A stretch of DNA of 64,000 nucleotides from Candidatus Hodarchaeota archaeon (lineage in GTDB: Archaea; Asgardarchaeota; Lokiarchaeia; Sigyniarchaeales; SOKP01): NCBI GenBank assembly GCA_048886685.1, contig JBHLKM010000005.1, forward strand, positions 42,958-106,957, given 5' to 3'. Positions 29,976-40,436 of the stretch are shown here, one piece after another (position 1 is the first letter of the stretch; the number at the start of each line of letters is the position of its first letter). The translations under genes were made by a program, and so were the position numbers. The notes below the pieces were generated by a model that was not told the DNA's origin, did not search any database, and worked only from the letters and a program-made list of their open reading frames with translations.

Positions 29976-31634
29976 TTATTTTATCTTTGCGTAGATATCT
30001 TTATTTCTATCAATCTCTTTAAGAATTCTTCTTCCTTCTTTATTCGATAATGATAGATTTATTTCACTTTTTCTACTTAAAGAACCTGTAAATATTTCTT
30101 CTTGATCAGCAAAGATAATAACATTTTGACTGGCATATGTAGGTGCAGCCCTTAAAATAATTCTATCTTTCCTTACTTCAAGGTCAAGGTTAATTCTTTC
30201 TTTCTTTGATTTACTAGTCCGATAAGTGGATAGATCAGCATATTGATCGGGTCTAAATTTTGATCTTTTAGGTGTTATTGGATTTATTACAATATCCTGG
30301 CCAAATGAATAAATTTCGAATTCTAAGTTGCGAGTTTTGTAATCCCTTACTTCTACTACAGGTCTAGCTAAATCTTTATCCCTTAAACCCGAGGGAACTT
30401 TAACAGTCATTTTAATGATTAGTACACTTGAAATATCTCCACCTTTTATAAATATTATTGTGTCAATGATAGAAGGCAACATTCCAAGTTCTATACGTCC
30501 TATGAACCTTTGGATTGCATCAATTGCAGAAGAGGAGTGAACAACACCAACCATCCCAACGCCAGAGAGACGAAAATCTGCATAAATTTCGAAATCTTTG
30601 GTAGTTCTAACTTCATCAAAGATCGTAAAATCTGGTCTTACAAGCAGGAGAATATCAGCAGAGTTCTCAAGATTACCTTCTAATTTAGTATATTGAGTGA
30701 TTTCAGGTAAGACTTGTAAGTCTCTTACACTTTCTAATGTTTTAACGACTTTATTTTGGCTTAAATAATGGTTTGCTAATGCTGCACAAAAAGTACTTTT
30801 CCCCGCTCCTGGAGAACCACATACAAGGATACCTTCTGCCTTTTGTAATCTTTTTTGTAATTGGGTGTCAATAGAATAATCGGATAATTTCAAATTTACA
30901 AGTGGTCGAACTGCTGTTATCTCAACATCATTAGAAAATGGGGGCCTGGTTATTACTATTCTAAACTCTCGTAATTGAGCTACTACAGCACCAATTTTCT
31001 CAATTTCTATAAAAGAGTGATCATCTTCTCTAACATTTTCGATTATTTCAAGAGCAATATCTTCAATGAGCTTTGGAGTGATAATTTCATTGTTAATTTT
31101 TTCCAACAACCAATTACCAGGCGAACCTCTCTTGGCATATGGGGGTAGATTCTTTTTGAGGTGAACACTCATAGTTTTATCATCAAAATAATCTAGTAGC
31201 TTAAGAGAAAGTGGTTCTTTAGGTCTATAGATTCCTCTTTCTTTTACGTAAAAAACATCTAATCCTTCAAAAATCCCTACATCACCCTGAATTCGATCAG
31301 CTGTTATTAATATTGCGTTATTATTCAGTGTAGTTTCTCTTATCAGAGCATCAAGTTCTCCCCCTGGCGCCATTTTTATTTCTTCTCTAGTAGGACGATT
31401 TCCTACGATTTTTAACTTTATTTTATTTTCTTTATTTAATTCACGTAATGACTTTAGAACATTTAAACCAAAGAATCCAATTTCTTTGTGAATATTTGTT
31501 CTGTACTCGATTTCTGCAATTACAATATTAGGTATTAAAATTTCTGGTTGTTCCCCCAACTCACCATTATCGATTAAATCAAGGATTAAGCCATTAAATA
31601 TTACAGAGGTATCACAAACGAATTTATCTGACAT
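29976..31634 (-). CDS. PINA-type PIN/VapC-domain ATPase
   Basis: N-terminal PIN (VCDTSV, GELDALIR, LITAD), TMSVHLK, Walker A GSPGAGKST, LLVRPDFTIFDEVR, DLARPVVEVRD. Confidence 0.92.
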   Translation of the reverse strand: MSDKFVCDTSVIFNGLILDLIDNGELGEQPEILIPNIVIAEIEYRTNIHKEIGFFGLNVLKSLRELNKENKIKLKIVGNRPTREEIKMAPGGELDALIRETTLNNNAILITADRIQGDVGIFEGLDVFYVKERGIYRPKEPLSLKLLDYFDDKTMSVHLKKNLPPYAKRGSPGNWLLEKINNEIITPKLIEDIALEIIENVREDDHSFIEIEKIGAVVAQLREFRIVITRPPFSNDVEITAVRPLVNLKLSDYSIDTQLQKRLQKAEGILVCGSPGAGKSTFCAALANHYLSQNKVVKTLESVRDLQVLPEITQYTKLEGNLENSADILLLVRPDFTIFDEVRTTKDFEIYADFRLSGVGMVGVVHSSSAIDAIQRFIGRIELGMLPSIIDTIIFIKGGDISSVLIIKMTVKVPSGLRDKDLARPVVEVRDYKTRNLEFEIYSFGQDIVINPITPKRSKFRPDQYADLSTYRTSKSKKERINLDLEVRKDRIILRAAPTYASQNVIIFADQEEIFTGSLSRKSEINLSLSNKEGRRILKEIDRNKDIYAKIK

Positions 31635-32236
31635 TATTCACCATTCTCTCCTTTATTTAAAATTTGAAATTTTTTAACACTGTAATATATGGGCTTGCTT
31701 AAGCGATCTACTGTTGCCACAATTAAGTCTTTCCGCGAGCTTAATGCTACTCGAGACATCTTATCCAAATCTCTCAACTCAATTGGATCTCCTTCAAATA
31801 CGGGGAATATTAAAAATTTAGCAGTGTCTTTCTCAAAATCAGCTCCTCTTTTATAAACACGAAATTCTATCCCATTTCCGTAACCGGTTCGAACGATATA
31901 TCCTCTTTTTCTTAGATCCATATAAATGATATATTTATGCCATAGTCGATTGTCAAATTGTGTAAAATAAGTTAATAAACCTTCAAAATCGTATAATGCT
32001 TTATTTTTATCGTTATCTTCCCATAATAATATTCTGTTTCTTTCACTGAGGAGCAATACTTCAATAGCGTCAAAAACTAAAATATTCTGTTTATCATTAT
32101 TTTTTTCAATAGTTCCTATATAAGAACCATTATAAAATTCTTCAATTCCTTTACTATCACTTATAATAACTTTATCCTTTTCGATTATTCCCTCTAACTG
32201 AATCTTTTCAGTTTTCTCATTTGATTCTTCAGTCAT
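31634..32236 (-). CDS. endA: tRNA-splicing endonuclease subunit, probably non-catalytic (beta/structural)
   Basis: YMDLRKRGYIVRTG, FRVY, RVALSSRKDLIVA; the usual catalytic Tyr (GxKYG) and His (after the FRVY loop) are not evident; TAATG overlap with PINA. Confidence 0.8.
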   Translation of the reverse strand: MTEESNEKTEKIQLEGIIEKDKVIISDSKGIEEFYNGSYIGTIEKNNDKQNILVFDAIEVLLLSERNRILLWEDNDKNKALYDFEGLLTYFTQFDNRLWHKYIIYMDLRKRGYIVRTGYGNGIEFRVYKRGADFEKDTAKFLIFPVFEGDPIELRDLDKMSRVALSSRKDLIVATVDRLSKPIYYSVKKFQILNKGENGE

Positions 32237-32459
32237 GTAATAATTAATAGGAATTTTTGATGATTAAAGAATTTATCCGTCTGATTTCTCTTTTCTAAAT
32301 TATGATAACCTAAAATTAATAACAATATTAGATTCACGTGAATCAAAATAACCCCTCTCTTCTGTTTTATGATGATGCTAGAGAATTAATCTTATTTTAA
32401 TTCGGAGTAATTTAAATAACACTACTTATAATTATTAATTTTTAAGAATTTATGTAATT

Positions 32460-33029
32460 ATGAAAGAAATGTTGGAACAACTATTAACTAGATTAAAAGG
32501 AGCCTCAAAACTAGTGTTCATGGGAATTGGGGAAGAAAAGTTAAGTGATGATGGGGTAGGACCTTATATAATCAGTGAACTCTTAGATTATTCAAATGAA
32601 AAATTCTTGTTTATTAACGCGGGAATTGATCCTATGGGAAGGCTAGATGAAATTGTCGATTTTCAAGCATCACATCTCATTCTTTTAGATACATGTACGT
32701 TAGATAAACCTCCTGGAACCGTTGCTATAATAGAGCGTGAAAATATCCATGAATATGTCCCAATTTCATCTCATACAATTCCAATTCATATTGTAATAGA
32801 TTTATTAGCTGAGAAAATATCAGATATAAATATCTTTATGCTAGGATTTGTACCTGAAAGCCTGGAGGGATTTACTCAATTAAATTTATATAAAGAAAAT
32901 GAGTTCTCTCTTGAAGAAAGGAGTGAGGATGAGGATTTACCTTTTTTTGATTTCAATCTAACAAACACTATAAAAAAAGCTGCAGAAAATGTAATAAAGA
33001 TTTTGAAGGAAATAATTATGAAATTATAG
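32460..33029 (+). CDS. Hydrogenase maturation protease (HycI-like)
   Basis: MGIGEEKLSDDGVG, LILLD, PPG, SSHTIP. Confidence 0.8.
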   Translation: MKEMLEQLLTRLKGASKLVFMGIGEEKLSDDGVGPYIISELLDYSNEKFLFINAGIDPMGRLDEIVDFQASHLILLDTCTLDKPPGTVAIIERENIHEYVPISSHTIPIHIVIDLLAEKISDINIFMLGFVPESLEGFTQLNLYKENEFSLEERSEDEDLPFFDFNLTNTIKKAAENVIKILKEIIMKL

Positions 33030-33032
33030 AGT

Positions 33033-33230
33033 TTATTTTCCTTTCTCAGATAGCTTTGAAATAAAATTCATAATTATATCTATTACTTTAGTTATGTATA
33101 CGTTTTCATCAGGATTTAGATTATGCTTTAATTTCTCAAGAAATTCAATGACCTCATCAGCCTTTCTTATTTTTCTCAAATAATCAGAACCTTCTTTATT
33201 CAGTGAACCGCCCCATACCATTATACACAC
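33033..33230 (-). CDS. Small hypothetical helical protein; start uncertain
   Basis: Open frame with amphipathic helices (DYLRKIRKADEVIEFLEKLK...). Confidence 0.5.
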   Translation of the reverse strand: MCIMVWGGSLNKEGSDYLRKIRKADEVIEFLEKLKHNLNPDENVYITKVIDIIMNFISKLSEKGK

Positions 33231-33695
33231 CGCATATTAAAAGTAATTAAAACAATATGGAAAATTGACATTATGAATACAAAAAATTCATATTTATTTA
33301 ACTAATTAGTCATTCATTTATTTAAATAACCTTTCATTTATTGTTTTTTAATAATAAATAGTCTAAAACCGAAATTTTAAAGATTCGATAAACCAAATTT
33401 TGTTTGAAAATCTTTATTATGGATCAAATCTGATAAAAATTATGTTGAAATTTAAAATATTTTTATCTTTGAAATTATAGCAATTCTATCTCATAAACGC
33501 CATCTTAACTTAAGAACTTAATAAAAAACTCACGAACTTTTAATAATATCTTTTTAAATTTAATACTTCTGATAGTGTGTTTTCAAGTAAAAATTTTATA
33601 AATGAATTTTTGATAAAAATAACTAATCGTTTAATTTAATAATAAAAGATTTATTTTATTAGATTTTGTACTGTTTTAAAACAGAGTGGTTTACT

Positions 33696-34748
33696 ATGGT
33701 AATAGAAACAAATATTACGAAGATGTTTGGAATTAAACATCCAATTCTGAGTGCTCCGATGGGTCCCTTCTATACTACGAAATTAACTGTGGCTGTTTCA
33801 GAAGCTGGAGGATTAGGTGTTTTAAGTCATGTTACTATACATGGAACGGTGACCTTAGATGAAATGAAAAAAAGCATGGAATATGTTGTTGAACATACTG
33901 ACAAACCTTTTGGATTTAATATTAGGACAGCTAGATTGCAACCAGATGCTATAAAGCTTTGCAGACAACTTCCAAAATTCATTATGGAGAATCCAAAAAT
34001 AAAAGAACAATGTGTTTACTTAATTACAAGCGCGGGTTCACCAAGACTGATGTACAATAAACATTTTGAAAAATTAAAAGAAAGTGGTTCGAATATCAAA
34101 CATTTCCATGTCGCACCTTCATTATACCTTGCTGAAAAACTGATTGACAGTGGTGTTGATGGGCTGGTTATTACTGGTACTGAAGGTGGTGGACATCAGT
34201 CATATGAAAACATAAGTACGTTAGTTTTATTGCAGCAAATACTAAAAAATATGCCAAATATTCCTATTATCGCCTCAGGCGGTTATGCCACTGGTGAAGG
34301 ATTAGCTTCCGCTTTATCTATGGGTGTGGGTGCCATTGCTATGGGTACACGATTTATATCTTCGAAAGAATGTGAATTTCACGAAAATTATAAAAAAATG
34401 GTTGTTGAATCAACAGCCTCAGATACTGAGCTAATAACCAGTATTTTTGGACGCGCTAGGGTTTGGAAAAACAAAATGGCCGAAAAGCATAACCTTGTTG
34501 AAAGTAAAGAAGAAAAACAAGCTGAGGAGACTTCAATGTCAAAAATCGAAAGAGAGTTAGCTGATTTAGAAAAAACTTATGAAGGAAGAATTGAGGAGGG
34601 TATAGCTTATTTAGGCCAAAGTGTCGAACTCATAGACAGTGTGGAAAGTGTGTCAGATATAATAAATACTATTGTACATGATGCAGAAAAATGTTTAACA
34701 GCTGCCTATAACAATATCCGAAAAATGGAGATTGAACAGGTAGTCTAA
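33696..34748 (+). CDS. Nitronate monooxygenase / FabK-like flavin oxidoreductase
   Basis: GIKHPILSAPMG, AVSEAGGLG, GTEGGGH, IIASGG, MGTRF; ATG of MVIET preferred over TTG 33666. Confidence 0.9.
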   Translation: MVIETNITKMFGIKHPILSAPMGPFYTTKLTVAVSEAGGLGVLSHVTIHGTVTLDEMKKSMEYVVEHTDKPFGFNIRTARLQPDAIKLCRQLPKFIMENPKIKEQCVYLITSAGSPRLMYNKHFEKLKESGSNIKHFHVAPSLYLAEKLIDSGVDGLVITGTEGGGHQSYENISTLVLLQQILKNMPNIPIIASGGYATGEGLASALSMGVGAIAMGTRFISSKECEFHENYKKMVVESTASDTELITSIFGRARVWKNKMAEKHNLVESKEEKQAEETSMSKIERELADLEKTYEGRIEEGIAYLGQSVELIDSVESVSDIINTIVHDAEKCLTAAYNNIRKMEIEQVV

Positions 34749-34969
34749 AATCCATTTTTATGGTGTTATTCTCTTTTTTATTTAACTTTTTTATTTAAGG
34801 TAATAAATACCCTATAAGAAGGTTATTTAGAAGTAAATAAATTCTAGAATAAAAGTTTAAAAATCCAACATCCCATAAGTTATGTGAAAATCATTTAGAG
34901 TTAAAGATTTTTGTACTTAATAAGGAAAACCCTAAATTATCTAAATAACAGATTAATAACCGGTTCAAA

Positions 34970-35395
34970 ATGATCCAAGAGTTAATGATTATTAATGAAG
35001 CGGGTATAGCTTTATTTTATCATAATTTTGTAGATGTAAATAACTTTAATGATCAACAATCCTTAGCAAGCTATTTTGATATTATTTGTCGTTTTACAAA
35101 ACATAGTTTTAAAGAAAACTTAAGAATGTTAACCTTAGATAGCTTTATCTTTTTCTTTTATACCCATAAATCTAATTATCATTTAGTTTTCAAATGCTTA
35201 AATAAAGAAATTAACAGTAAATTGCTAGAAGATACTGCTGAAACCATTATTGAAAGTTTTCTTACAAAATATAATGACATATTAGAGAATTTTAGTGGTG
35301 AAATCTCCCATTTCAAATCATTTGGGGAAATTATTCAAGACATTCTTTCAACCAAATTAACTGAATTTGAGGAAGTTCTTACTTTAGAACTCTAA
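34970..35395 (+). CDS. Longin-like domain protein
   Basis: MIQELMIINEAGIALFYHNF...F..KY......F.GEIS.F..F pattern of Asgard longins. Confidence 0.7.
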   Translation: MIQELMIINEAGIALFYHNFVDVNNFNDQQSLASYFDIICRFTKHSFKENLRMLTLDSFIFFFYTHKSNYHLVFKCLNKEINSKLLEDTAETIIESFLTKYNDILENFSGEISHFKSFGEIIQDILSTKLTEFEEVLTLEL

Positions 35396-35507
35396 TGGTT
35401 GTGTTAAATTTTCTGGAAAAAGATGAAGAAATAAAAAGAGAGAAAAATAAGCCGGCTTTTTTCTCTTTAGAACCCCGTGATAAATACATTTCTTTTTAAC
35501 AGATTAC

Positions 35508-35762
35508 CTAAATTCCACCTGCTTGTGTCGCCATTACCGTAATTACATCTTTTTTTGGATGAATTCCTATTTTAGCAAATTTTAATTGATCGGGTAATAC
35601 TTTTCCTTTAAATATAAATTGTATAGCTAGAATAGGGTTCAATTTATACTCCCGTTGTACAGTTTTCTTAATCTCTGCTATTGAATTATTTGGATCAAGT
35701 TCTATCAACTTGATAGCTTGATCTGGGGGCACTCCAGTTAATCTAAACCTATATTGGGTAAT
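35508..35762 (-). CDS. Eukaryote-type ubiquitin-like protein ending GG-I; probable ATT start at 35762
   Basis: SIAEIKK, QFIFKGKVL (cf. ubiquitin QRLIFAGKQL), C-terminal TQAGGI; first beta strand YRFRLT lies upstream of the tracked GTG (35732); AAGGTGG SD-like site upstream. Confidence 0.8.
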   Translation of the reverse strand: MTQYRFRLTGVPPDQAIKLIELDPNNSIAEIKKTVQREYKLNPILAIQFIFKGKVLPDQLKFAKIGIHPKKDVITVMATQAGGI

Positions 35763-36049
35763 TTTAATTCCACCTTTAAGATCTTTTTAAAATAATTTAT
35801 ATTAGTTATAAATTATCAAAATGATTAATTAAGGATTTTTGTCTAAATAAGTGAACTTAAGTTTAGATTACTTGATAATAAACTTTATCTCTAGGTTTGT
35901 ATTATTTAAAGGAATTTGAAATTTGAATCCTTTTATATGTGGTCTAAGAGATCTCTGTGGGGGGATTGGTTTAGGTACTGCTAAAAATTTACGGGGGAAT
36001 CAATCTAATCTGTTTTCTTATATTATCTTAACTATGAGTATTGAATTCT

Positions 36050-36412
36050 TATTGTTGGAACATCTGTTCAAATTAAAGGCCGAGTAATTTAGACATATTA
36101 GATCAATTTATAGATAAATTTATTGAATTAAAGAAATATTCTGAATTATTGAGTGTCTTTAAGAAATTAGTTGAAGAACATCCTAAAATTCCTATATTAT
36201 GGTCGAAGTTAAGCCATGCATATTATTGGATTGGAGAGAGGTACAATGCCCTTCAAGCTTACAAGGAAGGTTTGATTTTATATCGATTTAATTATGAAGC
36301 AATAGATGGGACAAAGAGCATTATTAATGATTCAAGAACTGATTATTTTAGTGTTGTGAAACCATAGTTTGAGGAATTACCGAATTGGATTAAAAAGAAA
36401 ATCGGTTATTAA
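36050..36412 (+). pseudogene. Degraded TPR-like gene fragment
   Basis: TPR-like LWSKLSHAYYWIGERYNALQAYKEGL; frame breaks near 36077 and an internal TAG at 36365 with coding-like sequence beyond. Confidence 0.4.
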
Positions 36413-36480
36413 AATCTTTTTAATAATAACAACAAATTTACTATGCAATTTTAATTGAACTTAAACTCTATAAAAGCTTT

Positions 36481-36678
36481 TTAAATTCGAAAAGGTTCTG
36501 GGGGTGGTCCTGGGGGACCAGGAGGTCTTGGGGGGTGTATCGGACTTGGTCTTGGTGACGGAGGAGATGGAACATGAAGTAATCTGTTTTCCAATCTAGA
36601 AATTCGTTCCTCAATTTGTTCTAACCTTTCTTCAATTTTTTTTATCCTTTTTAATATATTAGGTTCTTCTATTGTCAT
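36481..36678 (-). CDS. Small coiled-coil protein with polyproline tail
   Basis: IKKIEERLEQIEERISRLENRL followed by PSPPSPRPSPIHPPRPPGPPGPPPEP. Confidence 0.7.
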   Translation of the reverse strand: MTIEEPNILKRIKKIEERLEQIEERISRLENRLLHVPSPPSPRPSPIHPPRPPGPPGPPPEPFRI

Positions 36679-36847
36679 TTTTTTTTAGTTCATTAATTTA
36701 ACTTTAATATTATTCCAATCCCATACATTCAATATTTACTTATTAACTTTTACTTGTTAATAATAACAATATATACTAAAATGAAACATATTTGTATTAT
36801 CATATTTTTTTAGTCTTAGTCCAAAAAAAAAGTATAGGTTTTTATAT

Positions 36848-37975
36848 TTGGAGTATAATTATATTATTATGGAAAGCTGGAGTATTTCAAATAAATTAAA
36901 GAATGACTTATTAAAGAAATCTAGCAATATTGAGGATAATAGTCGGAGAATATTATTTATTCTTAGAAACTTAGGTCCACAAAGGTTTACGAATTTAATA
37001 AAATATTCAAATTTGAGTAGATCTACAGTTTCTAAATATCTTACCAATCATAGAAAAAATAGAAATGTAGAACAAAGATTAATTACTGATAAACAAACAG
37101 GTAAACAATATCGTGGGTATGTAATCACTGAGAAAGGAATAGAAAAGCTTGGTGAAGAACCTTTAAAAGTAAAAGATGAGTTATTTATAGTTAATGAATT
37201 AAAAGAAAATGTCAGAAAACTGGAAGACCTAATAGATTTTTATAAGGAAATAAATGTAGAAGATGCTTTTATAATCCATATAGTAAGAATAATATCTAAA
37301 ATAGGAGATAATTTTTTTAATTTACAGCAAGATAGAGATCTCTATTTATCACTTTTTTACATTTTCTATAACTCAATTCTTGGTCAAGGTGCATTTGCCA
37401 GAAACTATTGGCATCTTGATGAGTCAAGTACTGAAAAATTTGTAGGTTATAAATTAAATTTAGATCAGTTTTGTGAAGTATATAAAGTATCAAGAGAAGC
37501 TATCAATTACTTAGCTAGATCTAAATTAATAAAGTTTGACTTTGGTTTTTATTTGATTAAACGTAAAAAAAATGATTTCTTCTTTCATGAGGAAGATTTA
37601 GTAGGAACAACAACACTTAGGCTCATAAAAGACAAATTAATTGATGAAATTATCAATCTTCAAGAAGGAATCTATGATATGATTTATGATCTGGATATTA
37701 TGGCTGAGGAAATAACTGATCAATTAAAGGAAATGGGCTTAATATGGGATGCAATTCAAGAGCAATTTCAATTGTTAGTACTAAATTTAGTTATTAAGAA
37801 TGCAATAGAAATGGGCTTTCTTGATATAGAGAGAGAAAAGTTAATGGAAGGGGTTACTCAATCAAAAAAATTACCTATGTCTAAAGAAGGTAAAATCCTT
37901 CAAGAAGCCATTTTAGAGGGTTCAGAAATAGAGTTAAACCTAAATATTCTTACTTTAACGTCAAATCATGAATAA
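36848..37975 (+). CDS. Winged-helix (MarR/ArsR-like) N-terminal domain protein
   Basis: ILFILRNLGPQRFTNLIKYSNLSRSTVSKYL...YVITEKG. Confidence 0.7.
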   Translation: MEYNYIIMESWSISNKLKNDLLKKSSNIEDNSRRILFILRNLGPQRFTNLIKYSNLSRSTVSKYLTNHRKNRNVEQRLITDKQTGKQYRGYVITEKGIEKLGEEPLKVKDELFIVNELKENVRKLEDLIDFYKEINVEDAFIIHIVRIISKIGDNFFNLQQDRDLYLSLFYIFYNSILGQGAFARNYWHLDESSTEKFVGYKLNLDQFCEVYKVSREAINYLARSKLIKFDFGFYLIKRKKNDFFFHEEDLVGTTTLRLIKDKLIDEIINLQEGIYDMIYDLDIMAEEITDQLKEMGLIWDAIQEQFQLLVLNLVIKNAIEMGFLDIEREKLMEGVTQSKKLPMSKEGKILQEAILEGSEIELNLNILTLTSNHE

Positions 37976-38201
37976 AAGTATTTCCTCTTAATCTAAACCA
38001 AACTAGATTAAATTTTTCTTATAAGTTAATATTAAGGAGATAATTTTCTTAAAAACCTTTGTACTATATAGTGATTTGATATAATAAATACATCATAACA
38101 TAGAATTTTCTGATTATTCGATTATTACAAAACATTAATATAATATTATTACATTTTTGTTAAATTGAAATTCAATATTTATAAAAATTAATTCTGGTGA
38201 A

Positions 38202-38651
38202 GTGTTGAAAATGAATATAAAAGAAAAATTTTTGGATATTGCCGTTATTTTACTACTGTATACAATTGCAACAATGTTAGTATTTGGATTTCTTGATGCA
38301 ATTTTAGGGACATTTATGCCTTACGAAGTTTCTTACATGGGTGTTGATGAGACTGACATAGAAAGTTTTAATGCTGAATTAATGGAAATGATCAGTGGTT
38401 ATATTCGAATTCTTGGATTTACATTTATAAGTTTTGGCATAGTTCTTATAATTATCTTATTCGTCGGCTTTCGTAAGAAAGAAAAATGGGCTTACATTTT
38501 AACCTTATTAGCAATTTTATCTTTAGATATTCCATATTTGGTGGTTCTTAGTCCATTTATGGATCTTCCCTTTATACTTGTCCTTATTAATCTTATTGTT
38601 CAAGCGGTTGCAATGGTTATATCCTTCAAGGAATTTTTTGGTAAAGAATAG
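38202..38651 (+). CDS. 4-TM hypothetical membrane protein
   Basis: Four hydrophobic segments; GFRKKEKWAY loop. Confidence 0.65.
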   Translation: MLKMNIKEKFLDIAVILLLYTIATMLVFGFLDAILGTFMPYEVSYMGVDETDIESFNAELMEMISGYIRILGFTFISFGIVLIIILFVGFRKKEKWAYILTLLAILSLDIPYLVVLSPFMDLPFILVLINLIVQAVAMVISFKEFFGKE

Positions 38652-38845
38652 ATTTACCAATTCAAACTTTTTTTTTTTGTATTTTGAGTGAATCAATATG
38701 ATTAATTAAGACGATAATTAGATGTAAATTTTTAAAGAATAACTCAACATTTATTTTTAAAATTTTGAAAAAGTTAGGGGGTCTTATTAAACTTAAATAA
38801 ATTTATCATTGAATTTATTAACAAAAATCCTGACTCATTTATAAG

Positions 38846-40369
38846 ATGCTTCAATATCAGATAGTTGGACTGTTAATTAGTTCAATAATAGTTTTTTACA
38901 TCGCAATAAGAGGTCTAAACCATTTAAGTGAATTTAAGATTAACCAATATCTTAAATTAAAACTTGAGGGCGGAAGAACTAATATATATGTAAATAATCG
39001 ACGATTTATACAGTGTATGTACCTGTTATTAAATATTCGAGCGGATATTGTTGAAGAATATGATGAGATTGAATCTATTGATGAAGCAGCTGAAAAATTA
39101 GATCGCTCTATGGAGAGAAATCATCATAAAGTGCCACCAGAAACTGAATTTTGGGGACATTGTTCTAATATACAAGCTTGGGCTGACAATGAATATGATA
39201 CAAGAATTCTTCATCGAAATTTAGCTTTCCCTTTACTAAAAGCACTTGTTGATGCAGGAGATCCTATAGCTAGGCGAAAATTCAAAGAGGAAATTGCCTT
39301 AAGATTCGCAACTGGACACCCTACAGTTATAAGATTTTTAACTCAAAATGGTTATCTACATTACTTAACCGAAGATGAATTTGAAAGTATGCTAATTGAT
39401 ATAGATTTTCCCAGTATTGATGAATATTCAAGAAAAATTTTACCGCTGTTCGATAATTTGAAAGAAACTGAAGCCATTCAACAAATAAAGCAGTATACCA
39501 CAAATTTTGTAAATAGATTCCGTTTTAAATATAAGTATTTAATTTTACTAAAAGCAATAGAAAAGCTCCCAGGCACAATAAGACAAGAATTTATAGAAAT
39601 CATATATAACAAATATAAAAATGTCAGAAGCTTTCCTATATTGAAATTCTTGAATAAAGCTCAAATAAATTACAATGATTTAGATCTCAAAATTATTTCT
39701 TATGATAACAGGTTGGTGGGGATAGTTTTAGATTCAAAAGTTAATTTAAAAAATAAAATGATTGAAAATATAGAAGATATCAAGGGATTAGAAGAATCCT
39801 CAGAAAATATTATGGAACTGGATTTAAGTCATAATAGGATTACTAATTTAAGGGGAATTGAGAAATTAAAAAATTTAAAGAAATTATCCTTGAAAAACAA
39901 CTATATTGAAAAAATTGAATGGTTAGAAGGGCTTGATAATTTGGAATTTTTAGATCTTTCAGGAAATATAAATATTGAAAAGATTCCCGATTCTTTAAAT
40001 AAATTACCCTCACTTAAAATAGTTAAATTAACGGGATGTAGAATCAAACAATTTTCAGAATCAGTATCACACTTCTTCTGGATGGGTCAGAATTTTAGAT
40101 ATTATACAGAATTTACTCAAGAAGATATAAACTTCTATGAGAAAACTCATAAATCAAAAGCAGGTATCAACGGCAGGCTTTACAAAAATTTCGTGAAATG
40201 GTTATTTAAATTAAAGAAAATGATGAGAAAATATAAGTTTATTTATGAGGATCTCAAAAATTTCGAGAAAAAAACTAATTTACAAGCAATCCATTCAGGA
40301 AAACTATTAAAATCTTTCTTAAAGTATCTTGAGAATAAAAAACAAACAAGGATAACAAGATTCTTCTAA
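38846..40369 (+). CDS. Lokiarchaeal leucine-rich repeat protein
   Basis: EFKINQYLKLKLE..TNIYV, EFWGHCSNIQAW...YDTRILHRNLAFPLLK, FKEEIA.RF; LRRs LDLSHNRITNLRGIEKLKNLKKLSLKNNYI. Confidence 0.85.
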   Translation: MLQYQIVGLLISSIIVFYIAIRGLNHLSEFKINQYLKLKLEGGRTNIYVNNRRFIQCMYLLLNIRADIVEEYDEIESIDEAAEKLDRSMERNHHKVPPETEFWGHCSNIQAWADNEYDTRILHRNLAFPLLKALVDAGDPIARRKFKEEIALRFATGHPTVIRFLTQNGYLHYLTEDEFESMLIDIDFPSIDEYSRKILPLFDNLKETEAIQQIKQYTTNFVNRFRFKYKYLILLKAIEKLPGTIRQEFIEIIYNKYKNVRSFPILKFLNKAQINYNDLDLKIISYDNRLVGIVLDSKVNLKNKMIENIEDIKGLEESSENIMELDLSHNRITNLRGIEKLKNLKKLSLKNNYIEKIEWLEGLDNLEFLDLSGNINIEKIPDSLNKLPSLKIVKLTGCRIKQFSESVSHFFWMGQNFRYYTEFTQEDINFYEKTHKSKAGINGRLYKNFVKWLFKLKKMMRKYKFIYEDLKNFEKKTNLQAIHSGKLLKSFLKYLENKKQTRITRFF

Positions 40370-40436
40370 AAATGATCATTCGCTACATTTTATGGCATTT
40401 TCATCAATATTTAAAACAAGTATCAAAAGCTTCTTG

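Noticed and set aside
28325-31634. Sir2 + PIN-ATPase as an anti-phage (Sir2-HerA/Thoeris-like) system
   Set aside because: The sirtuins are zinc-binding deacylase type, PINA is a conserved archaeal housekeeping gene, and the genes are convergent
35435-35468. Imperfect palindrome AGAGAAAAATAAGCCGGCTTTTTTCTCT between convergent genes
   Set aside because: Could be a bidirectional terminator, but archaeal terminators cannot be called reliably by eye
38846-38930. Possible TTA start for the LRR protein (GAGGT SD before LSEFKIN) instead of ATG 38846
   Set aside because: Suggestive because this family, as I recall, usually begins MxEFKIN, but an in-frame ATG giving a plausible TM leader exists; undecidable here
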